From assembly GCF_009914755.1 (NCBI RefSeq), contig NC_060943.1: DNA of 64,000 nucleotides; one strand, given 5' to 3'. Position 1 is the stretch's first letter. Each line of letters starts with the position of its first letter. The DNA comes from the human T2T-CHM13v2.0 reference genome, Homo sapiens. The position numbers and the translations under genes are program-made. Under the pieces are notes generated by a model, which saw only the letters and a program-made list of their open reading frames with translations, did no database searches and had not been told where the DNA came from. Shown here piece after piece: positions 45,747 to 64,000 of this stretch.

Positions 45747-46209
45747 TGAAATAAGGAAAAGGGAGAAAGTATAAGATCTGTAAGCATCTCAAAGTTAGCC
45801 CAAAAAGGAATTTTTTTTTTTTTTACAGAGAGGAGAAAACAAGGTTAGGAAGAAGGTGAGAGTGGGAGGTCAGGATACAATTTCATTCGTTAATAATTTG
45901 TATTTTAGGCCAGGTGCGGTGGCTCACACCTATAATCCTAGCACTTTGGGAGGCCGAGGTGGGTGGATCACCTGAGGTCAGGAATTTGATACTAGCCTGA
46001 CCAACATGGTGAAACCCCGTCTCTACTAAAAATACAAAAATTAGCCAGGCGTGGTGGCACGTGCCTGTAGTCCCAGCTACTCAGGAGGCTGAGGTAGGAG
46101 AATCGCTTGAACCCAGGAGGCGGAGGTTGCGGAGAGCCAAGTTTGCGCCAACTGCACTGTAGCCTGGACAACAGTGAGACTCCGTCTCAAAAAAAAAAAA
46201 AAAAAAAGA

Positions 46210-46387
46210 GGCCGGGCGCGGTGGCTCATGCCTGTAATCCCAGCTCGCAGGGAGGCAAGAGGCGGGAGGATAGCTTGAGCCCAGGAGTTCGAGACCTGCC
46301 TGGGCAATATAATGAGACCCCGTTCTCCACAAAAAGGAAAAAAAAAAAAAGACAAAAATAAAAATAAGCGTAAAAAAAAAAAAAAAA
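46210..46387 (+). pseudogene. BC200 (BCYRN1) retrocopy lacking the C-rich 3' domain
   Basis: BC200-diagnostic CAGGGAGGC-AAGAGGCGGGAGGATAGCTTGAGCCC, GAGACCTGCCTGGGCAATATA, CGTTCTCCA.AAAAAGGAAAA, AATAAGCGTAA, then poly(A). Confidence 0.9.
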
Positions 46388-46398
46388 GAAACTGAAGC

Positions 46399-46507
46399 AT
46401 GTGTGGTCATGCCACGCTGAACACATCTATTCTCTGTAGCTAAGCAGGGTTGGGCCTGGTTAGTAAATGTATAGAAAATGCCTAGGAATACTGGCTGTTT
46501 TATGCTT
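46399..46507 (+). pseudogene. 5S rRNA pseudogene
   Basis: GCTAAGCAGGGTTGGGCCTGGTTAGTA...GCCTAGGAATACTGG; same 10-nt deletion as the copy at 4119-4228. Confidence 0.85.
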
Positions 46508-47522
46508 AAAAACAAAAAAAGAAAGGATTTCACAAGATAATTCACCAAATGGAAGAAAAACTTCTATATTGAATATCTGGTCCATCTTCTTCTTCACATA
46601 GGATGGGGGATGAATTGGTAGCCAGCACTCTGAGGCATCCTGGCCCATTACTGCAGGAGGTGAACTCTACCCTGTAGTCCTCTCTGGCAGTGGTGCAACC
46701 ACAGTCTCCAATCTCATCCTGTTTATAGGGTGACAACAAGAAGTGGTCATCAGGAGAGAAATCTGACCTGGTGTTTTGGATGTTTGAGTAGGAGGTACTC
46801 CCAAGAAATCCATCTTCCTCCCCACCAGAAGAGAACTTCTTATCACTAATGCATTGCAGACATATGAATTAGGGTCTCAAGTCTAAGTCTTTATTCCTTG
46901 TAAAGAGAGATTACACTGAAAACTTGGTAAAAATTTCAAGGAAGGTTTTATTCAGCACAATTGCAATATGTGTTGAATAAAGCCTTATTTTTTGCCTATA
47001 TGTTATAGGACAATTTAATATGGGAAAGAAATTGAACTCAACCTGAATGCATCAACAAGACAATTATATCTAAAGAGCAAGGTACCGTAGAGGATGGAAC
47101 TTGGTGAGGTGTCAAGAGTTGGGGAAGAGAATATTAATAAATTATCATAGATGAGGGAAACAACTTGATTAGATATCAAGTTGGGGGGCATTCTCTCTAA
47201 ACTCTCTTATTAGGATTTAGCTATAACTGGGCTCTGCAGGACAAACACAAAAGCTAGTCAGGAAGTGGGCTCCGAGGAGCCTCACTGAAGTATGATCAAG
47301 GAAGGAGTCCTTGAGATCCTCCCAGCCTAGTTCTTGCTAGGGCTGATGATAAATCCTTAAGTTTCTGGTTTCCTCCCCACGTTCCAGAACACTCCCTCAT
47401 TTCCCCTTTCCACTGGACATCATTATCAATCATGTGTCCCCCATGATACATGTGAAACTGCTGCAGTATTTTAATTGCTTACCATTTTTTTCCACAAAGC
47501 AATAAGTGGTGGGTATATTCAA

Positions 47523-47740
47523 CCCATTTTCCATGTGCCCCGAGAATACTCTTGTCTCTAATCCTAATGTAACATCATATACGTTTTTGTTATATTAGGA
47601 TTAGAAACAAGTTCTGTTTAGAAATTTTATTTTCACATTGAAAGTCAATCAGATTTGCTTCAGCTTTAAAGAGTATGCTTGTGTAAAATTCAATGAATGC
47701 TGGCAGCAAGCTGCACTTTTTTTTCTAAATGGGAAATGGG
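47523..47740. mobile_element. MER75B piggyBac-type MITE
   Basis: TIRs CCCATTTTCCAT / ATGGGAAATGGG, TCAA/TTAA target site, internal palindrome CTTGTCTCTAATCCTAATGTAACA...TGTTATATTAGGATTAGAAACAAG. Confidence 0.85.
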
Positions 47741-48985
47741 TTAAAAATGTATTACTTTATGAATACTGTTCATGAGAGGAAAGCACTCAATAACCACTAA
47801 AAACTACATTATATAAATCCTTGTGCCTGATGACTCCTGGTCCACTGACGTTTTCATGAGCTTCTTGGCCCTTTTCATATATCTTGCAGGAATGTCATTC
47901 AGATACTTTCCCTATCTTTCAATCAATTAGGTTTTTTTTTTTTTTTTACTTGGTACAATAATTTATTATTGTAAAAAAATTAACATTTATTAGCTTTAGG
48001 AATTTTACATGTACTGTTGAGTTAGTTTGTCAAATCTATATAACTCGTCTAAGATGAATAATACTGTATTTTTGTGACTGGCCTTTTGCAATCAGTATAG
48101 AATCCTGAATTTTTTTTCTTTTTTTTTTTTTTGTTTGTTTGAGATGGAGTCTCACTCTCTCACACAGCCTGGAGTGCAGTGGCATGATCTTGGCTCACTG
48201 CAACCTCTGCCTCCTGGGTTCAAGCTGTTCTCTGCCTCAGCCTCCCAAGTAGCTGGGATTCCAGGCATCCACCACCATGCCCAGCTAATTTTTGTATTTT
48301 TAGTAGAGATGGGGTTTCACCATCTAGGCCAGGCTGGTCTTGAACTCCTGACCTCGTGATCCACTCTGCCTCGGCCTCCCAAAGTGCTGGGATTACGGGC
48401 ATGAGCCACTGCATCCAGCTGAATCCTGAATTTTCATGCTTTTTGTAGCATGGGACAGAAAGTTATTTTGTAAGACTAAATACTATCCCATTGTAAGTAC
48501 ATGCATACCACGTTTTCTTTATCCATTTAGCCATCAGTGGACATTTGGATTGATCCATCTCTTGGCTATTGTGAACAGTGGTTTTCAAATATTTCTTCAA
48601 AGATCCAACTTTCAATTTATATGAATTGAATATAAATAGACCCAGAAATGGGTTGCTGGAAGAAAATTTTTTTTTTTTTTGCTAGTTTTTCAGGCACCAC
48701 CATACTGTTTTCCATAAAGATTGAGCCATTTTGCAATCCTTTGGTCAGAGCACATGGGTTCCAATTTCTCAACGTTTTTTCCAAACTTTATATTTGAGGT
48801 GGTTTGATTTTTCTTTTTTCTTTTTCTTTTTTTTTGAGATAAAGTCTCAGTGTTGTTGCCCAGGCTGAAGTGCAATGGCGCGATCTACGCTCACTGCAAC
48901 CTCCGCCTCCCAGCTTCAAGCAATTCTCTGGCCCCAGCCTCCTGAGTAGCTAGGATTACAGGCACCCACCACCATGCCTGGCTAA

Positions 48986-49120
<135 letters not shown>

Positions 49121-49334
49121 TGATTTTTCTTTTCTTTTTAGTTGAATGTAAGAATTCATTATATTTTCTGAATATTGAGACTTTTCCAGATATATGACTT
49201 TCCAATATTTGCTCCAGCATCATGGGGTGCCTTTTCCATCTGTTTATGGTGTCCCCTCATAGACAGAACTTTTAAATTTTGATAAATATTTGCCTTTTTG
49301 TTAAGAGTGGGTGCACTGGAGTTTTTATCCCTGA

Positions 49335-49739
<405 letters not shown>

Positions 49740-50145
49740 TAGTTCTGCCTCTCTTATCAGTTGGGTTGGTTGAACCCCTTGCAAAATCCAGTTTTTTTTT
49801 TTTGCTTTTGTTGTCTGCTGCTTCAATCAGAATAAAATCCCCCTTCCAGGTAATCTTCAATGGTTAAACTTTGTGAACAGGCATTTTCAAGGATATATAG
49901 CCTCAGGACTGCTAATGTTAACATTTTCTGCAGGTGAATTTAGAGGACTGTGTTATGACAGGTGCTATAGACCCATGCTACAAACAGACATTAAGAGCAG
50001 CCCAGGCAGCGCACCTTTCTCCCTGGATTCCATGAAAAGACACATTTTTCTATTCTGCTGTTCGTTTATTGCTTAGTTCTGTTCCAGCATCAGAATTGCT
50101 TTAGAGAAGAAAGTAAGTGTAGACAGAGAGTAATGGGTCAGATGA

Positions 50146-50424
<279 letters not shown>

Positions 50425-50595
50425 TGAGACAAGTGTTTCTAGCTCATTAATGCTATTCCTTGATTTGGAATATGGACAGGCAATACTTTGATGAATAAAT
50501 GAGGTATGGCTCTAATGTCCCGTGAACATAGAATCTAATCATTTTTTCATAATTTTATTTTAATTCAGGATTCTTTTTCTGATTCTGTATTTTAG

Positions 50596-50656
50596 GAGAA
50601 AAATGGAAAGACCAGAACATTGAAGATCAGTACAAAAATCCCAGGAATAATCTAAG
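50596..50656 (+). CDS. ZNF844: Exon 3 (61 nt, KRAB-B-type)
   Basis: TTTAG|GAGAAAAATGG...CTAAG|GTGAT; GEKWKDQNIEDQYKNPRNNLR. Confidence 0.88.
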
Positions 50657-51298
50657 GTGATTTAAACTCACGAGACAAAGCAATGTCTCTCTAGAAAATC
50701 TCAGAATGCGAGAATATGTTAAGAAGAAGCAAATAAAGGAAATATGCCTAGCATTAAATTTATTTACTCTTAAAATATTCACTCTAAAAACCTACATTTA
50801 AATGTGATCTAGGCTGGGCACAGTGGCTCACACCTGTAATTTCAACTGTTTGGGAGTTGGAGGTGGGAGGATTGCTAGAGGCCTGGAGTTTGAGAAGAGC
50901 CTGAGCAAAATGGCGAGACTTCATCTCAAACAAAGAACTAGCTATACATTGTGGCATATACCTGTAGTCCTAGCTACATCGAAGGCTGAGGCAGGAAGAT
51001 CACTTGAGTCCAGGAGTTCAAGGGTGCTGTGAACCATGATGATGCCACTGCACTCCAGCCTGGGCTATATGGTGACCCTGACTCAAGAAAATGATATAGA
51101 AGTTTAGTATTTGTAAAATAGTCTACATGGAAATATTATGAAGAATTCTCATATGGTGTTTTTCTTTTTTAAACATATGATTTTTAAAAATAATACGTAT
51201 AGATAGGCCATCTTATAGCCATATGGTCCAGTCACCTTCCAACAATTTAGACAGGGTAGAAAGCCTACACTTTCCTGGATAATGTTGAAAGTGCAAGT

Positions 51299-51468
51299 TC
51301 AGTGGGGAGGGATAGCATTAGGAGATATACCTAATGCTAAATGACGAGTTAATGGGTGCAGCACACCAAATGGGACATGTATACATATGTAACAAACCTG
51401 CACGTTGTGCACATGTACCCTAAAACTTAAAGTATATTAATAATAAAATAAAATAAAATAAAATAAAA
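51299..51468 (+). mobile_element. 5'-truncated L1PA 3' end with (TAAAA)n tail
   Basis: GGGAGGGATAGCATTAGGAGATATACCTAATG...GTACCCTAAAACTTAAAGTATA; TSD ~AAA(G)TGCAAGT. Confidence 0.9.
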
Positions 51469-51546
51469 TGCAAGTGTAATCCTTGTTAATAAACATCAAA
51501 TCACTTATAAACAAACCTTCAATAATGTGTTTCTCATTTTTCACAG

Positions 51547-54027
<2,481 letters not shown>

Positions 54028-54037
54028 ATGTTTATAG

Positions 54038-54300
<263 letters not shown>

Positions 54301-55073
54301 TGATCTGCCCGCCTCAGTCTCCCAAAGTGCTGGGATTACAGGTATGAGCCACCGTGCCCGGCCGTTATTCTCTATTTTTTGTTGTTGTTTGAGATGAGTC
54401 TTGTTCTGTTGCCCAGGCTGGAGTGCAGTGGCATGATCTCGCCTCCGGGTTCAAGCAATTCTCCTGCCTCAGGCTCCTGAGGAAAAAGATTCCTAGGATT
54501 ACAGGTGTGCACCACCACACTTGGCTAATTTTTATATTTTTAGTAGAGATGAGGTCTCACCCTATTGGCCACACTGGTCTTGAACTCCTGACCTGAATTG
54601 ATCCACCTGCCTTAGCCTCCCAAAGTGCTGGGATGACAGGCATGAGCCACTGCACCCAGCTGTTATTCTCTATTTAATTAATTGAGAAGCCATAATAAAA
54701 TATCTCAGTGCCATCATGCATTAGATCAAGTTTATGTTACCACATTATTTTTTGGACATTGTGAGTCAATATTACCAAGTGGACAAAATCCCAGGCATCT
54801 TTTTCCTCATGTAAATTTTAATTTTCATGCTTATATACTTAGAACATTTATCTTGGTCCTAATTTTTTGTTCATTCATAATACCAAAAGTTATCTCATGT
54901 TCTTCAGAGTGACTTTGTGCCATATCCCACAGTGGCATACCTGTCTTCAAAGAGGGTATAATTCACAAAAGGACTTACACTAGAGGAAAACCCTATGAAT
55001 GTAAGCTGCGTGGGAAAGCATTTTCTGATCTGAGTGGCATTGAAACCCACATGGTATTGCACATGACAGATAG

Positions 55074-55409
<336 letters not shown>

Positions 55410-55600
55410 TAAAAGGATGCACAATAAAGAGAGACCCTCTGAATGCAAGCAATATGGAAAAGCATTCCATTGTATCAGATCCTTTTGTAGCCATGAAAGA
55501 ACTCGCTGAAGAGAAACCCTGTAAATGAAGGGAATGTGAAAAGCCTTCATTCCTGAAATGAAGCAATTCATACTATTAATATATGAGAGAAATCCTATTA

Positions 55601-55783
<183 letters not shown>

Positions 55784-55993
55784 TCAGGAGGCTGAGGCAG
55801 GAGAATCACTTGAACCCAGGAGCTGGATGTTGCAGTGACCCGAGATTACGCCACTGTACCCCAGCAGAGTGAGACTCCATCTGAAAAAAAAAGCAAGGGG
55901 CCGGCACGGTGGTTCACGCCTGTAATCCCAGCACTTTGGGAGACCAAGGCAGGCAGATCACCTGAGGTCAGGAGTTCGAGACCAGCCTGGCTA

Positions 55994-56213
<220 letters not shown>

Positions 56214-56364
56214 TCAGTTGTCCCACTTCCTTTCAAACAGGAAGAGACACTAGAGAGAAACCCTCTGAGATAACTGACTGTTGAATTAAGAAGAGAGGCC
56301 TGGCCGGACACAGTGGCTCACGCCTGTAATCCCAGCACTTTGGGAGGCTGAGGTGGGCGGATCA

Positions 56365-56676
<312 letters not shown>

Positions 56677-57855
56677 TTACATGCAATTTCAAAGGCAGAC
56701 AAGAGGAAGTCATCAGTCACATTTTAGAGGCACCAAACAGGTGCCACATCCATACAGGCTGACTCCCTGCTCCCAGCCCATTTTTTCCTGAATCTTTGGC
56801 TTGCCAATCAAGAATGTCCTCAAAATTTGCTCAGAGGTGTGGGCCTTTGGGTAAAGGTGTCTTCAGAAGCTCCACATTAAAGATCCATCAGTGGTTAAGG
56901 GCAAATTGAAGAGAAATAAAGACTAAGATATTTTTTTAAAAGACTGAAAGAATAGAACAATGAAAAAGCCCCATCTGTAATACAGTTTTTCTTTTTCTTT
57001 TTTTTTGAGACAAGGTCTCTCTCTGTCACCCAGGCTGGAGTAGAGTGGCATTATCCTGGCTCATTGCAATCTGGGCCTCCTGGTTTCAAGTGATTCTGGT
57101 GTCTCAGCCACCTGAGTAGTCAGGATTACAGGTGCACACCACCACGCATGGCTAAATTTTTGTATTTTTAGTAGAGATGGGGTTTCACCATGTTGAGCAA
57201 GCTGGTCTTAAACTCCTGACCTCAAGTGATCCGTCTGTCTTGGCCTTTCAAAATGCTGGGATTATAGGCGTGATCCACTGTGCCTGGCCTGGTGTTTCTT
57301 TAGGTATAATGTCTTTACCAGAGAGCTAATGCAGACTGTCATGGGTGAGATTGTTCTCTGATGTTCAATTCCCCTACTTTGTATATTGAGTCAGTATGAG
57401 ATGCGATTTGTTTGGCAAGCACCTTTGTTCCTGCTGTTACTGACCCTTATCTTGTAGCCTCACAGCTACTATGCTTTTGTCCAGTCCAACTAGATAGGAG
57501 CTTCTTCCTCTGCTGCAGTGACTGGTCTCACCCAGGGCTTTCAGGAAGGTGAGAATAAGCACCTTCCTCCTCCCAGGAAGTTTTGAGTTTCCTGTGTTTC
57601 ATTTCTGAATGTAATGTCTCCATTTATTTTCAATTATGTTTGATTATATTTGATTAAAAACAATAATTTTTTTGGCAACCAAGATTTCTGTACATGTGTC
57701 ATAGAAATAGTTGAACTTTTCCACAACTGTATACTGACAAACATTATTCTTTCTTAATTAATTCAGTAGCTATATTAAAATATGTATTAGATCAAGTTCA
57801 TAATGTTGCCAAGTTATTGGTTGGACATTGTGAGTCAATATTACCATGTGAATAG

Positions 57856-58144
<289 letters not shown>

Positions 58145-58246
58145 TAGCCAGGAAGGTCTCAATCTCCTGACCTTGTGATCCACCCACCTCGCCCTCCCAA
58201 AGTGCTGGGATTACAGGCGTGAGCTACCGCGCCTGGCTATCCTTAA

Positions 58247-58545
<299 letters not shown>

Positions 58546-58899
58546 TAGCCTCCCAAAGTGCTGGGATTACATGGGTAAGCCACCACGCCCAGCCTCTTAG
58601 TCCTAACTTTTCATTCATTCATTGTACCAAAAGTTAACTCAATGTTCTCAGTGACGTCTTGCCAAAGACCACCAGTACCATACTTGTTGTCAAAGAGGGT
58701 GTAATATAGTAATAAATATGATCAAAAGCCATAAATGACAGTGAGATATATGAGAATTACAAATGAGTCACATTACTGAAAAAAATTTGCTCAGTTTGAT
58801 AATTTGAAATATGTTTTCTTCTATACTATTTTGAGACATGGTTACAGAGTGTCCTTGTTTTGTCTTGATCCGTCATGGTCACTGAAGAGCATTGTCTCA

Positions 58900-59232
<333 letters not shown>

Positions 59233-60206
59233 TCAAAAAGCAAACAAAGAAAAGACTTGGCCTTGTGGTGAGAGGAGGTAGCTCCTGGACTTCTAGACCC
59301 ATTTTTGCCTTATCTTTTTTTTTTTTTTTTTTGAACTACTGAGCAGCTGGGATTACAGGCACTCGCCACTACACCCAGCTAACTTTTATATTTTTAGTAA
59401 AGACAGGGTTTCACTATGTTGGTCAGGCTGGTCTTAGACTCCTGACCTCAGGTAATCCACTCACCTCAGCCTCCCGAAGTGGTGGGATTACAGGCGTGAG
59501 CCACCACGCCTGGCCAAAAAATATGCATATTTTAAATATGCATATTTTATTTTTGTATTTTTTCATGAAGGAAGGTCAAATAACAAAACAGGAAAAATCC
59601 TTTTTAAGATAAGTGAACTTTAAATTTTCCTCAAAAAAACTTATAATTCACACCTGACCCAACATTTCATCATCCAGTTTTTGTTTTGTTTTGTTTTTTT
59701 GAGATGGAGTTTCGCTTTTGTTGCCCAGGCTGGAGTGCAATGCCACGATGTTGGCTCACCACAACCTCCACCTCCCACGTTCAAGCGATTCTCTTGCATC
59801 AGCCTCCTGAGTAGCTGGGATAACATGTCTGTACCACCACACCTGGCTAATTTTGTATTTTTAGTAGAGATGAGGTTTCACCATGTTGGTCAGGCTGGTC
59901 TCAAATTCCCAACCTCAAGTAATCCGCCCACTTCAGCCTCCCAAAGTGCTGGGATTACAGGCATGAGCCATCGTGCCCAGCCTATCATCCAGTTTGTTTG
60001 CAGTATCACAATGTTTTATTCAGAAACATTTACTAAATTTGGGCCAGACACGGTGGTTGTTCAGGCTAGGGTATAATGGTGGGATCATAGCTCACTGCAT
60101 CCTTAACTCTTGGGCTCAAGTGATTCTCTCGCCTCAGCCTCCAACATATGTGGGACTACAAGCATACACCACCATGCCCAGGTAACTGTTTTGTTTTTTT
60201 TTTTAA

Positions 60207-60347
<141 letters not shown>

Positions 60348-60710
60348 TAGTAGAGATGAGGTTTCACCATGTTGGCCAGGATGGTCTCAAACTCCTAGCC
60401 TCAAGTGATCCATCCACCTCGGCCTCCCAAATTACTGGGATTACAGGCGTGAGCCACCATGTCCTGCCAGATTTTAAAAATTTTCTGTGGAGATGTGATC
60501 TAACTGTGGTCCCAGGCTGCTCTTTAACTTTTAGCCTCAAGCAGGTCTCCTCCCTCAGCCTCACAGTGCTAGGATTATAGGCTTGAGCCATTTCAAACAG
60601 CCAAATTTAACTTTTATTGTGGTGTTGAAAGGAATTTTGTATGTACTTTCTTCTTTTTTTCTTTTTTTTTTTTTTTGAGACGGAGTCTGGCTCTCTCACC
60701 CAGGCTATAG

Positions 60711-60821
<111 letters not shown>

Positions 60822-61100
60822 TAATTTTTCTATTTTTAGTAAAGACATGGTTTCACCATGTTGGCCAGGCTGGTCTCGAACTCCTGACCTCAAGTGATAC
60901 ACCCATCTGGGCTTCACAAATTGTTGGGATTACTGGCATAAGCCACCACACCTGGCATTTGTATATGCCTTTCTTGTATTACTTTGACCATGGTAGGACA
61001 TATACAATAGGCAAATGATATAAAAGGCCAAGGCGGGCAGATCACAAGGTCAGGAGTTCGAGACCAGCCTGGCCAATATGGTGAAACCCCGTCTCTACTA

Positions 61101-61274
<174 letters not shown>

Positions 61275-61639
61275 TTAAATTTAATTTTTGACAATCACTT
61301 TAACACACAACTTAGGTTTATATGGAAAGAGAACTATGACCACTTGTGAACAAGTAACTGGTAAGTAAGATGGAATTATGGCTTCTGTGTGATACTCTAT
61401 TGTTAGGCAAGCACAAGCTCCTTATAAAAGCCCTCATATATGTAAATGCATCAAATATCATGTGACTACTTGGTTTCCTAAGGACAGTTTATTATTCCTT
61501 TATCCCAGTATAATTTTGCATAGTCATCACTCTCTTTGTTATGGGTATCTATACTTAAAGAATAAATATATATGAGTTATCTACACATGAGCTAAATGAG
61601 GTTTTGTAAATTGAATGATATTTTTAGGAAAGTGTTGGA

Positions 61640-64000
<2,361 letters not shown>

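Noticed and set aside
47545-47615. Long hairpin as a possible miRNA precursor
   Set aside because: It is the internal palindrome of MER75B; nothing in the sequence shows processing.

Overview
Primate (very probably human chr19p13.2) KRAB zinc-finger gene cluster, very Alu-rich. Contents in order: (i) the 5' end of a minus-strand KRAB-ZNF gene (probably ZNF433), whose intron 1 holds the 3' part of a defective HERV-K(HML-3) provirus with its MER9 LTR and a 5S rRNA pseudogene; (ii) a complete 4-exon minus-strand gene encoding 531 aa with 14 intact C2H2 fingers (ZNF878); (iii) a complete 4-exon plus-strand gene encoding 666 aa (ZNF844), head-to-head with ZNF878 as one old inverted duplication; (iv) decayed class III ERV pro/pol sequence at the right end. 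Main observation: a 1-nt deletion at ~52457 switches ZNF844 into the +1 frame of its own finger array. The last 299 aa become a Met-rich 28-aa repeat tail containing a perfect PLDLS CtBP-type motif, while the original finger frame has decayed through changes that are often silent in the new frame. Other notable items: a MER41B-type LTR with two intact GAS sites between the divergent promoters, a divergent CTCF-like pair mirrored by the inversion, a BC200 retrocopy next to a 5S pseudogene, and a sense L1 3' end just upstream of the ZNF844 finger exon. Gene and repeat family names come from recognition, not from a database search.
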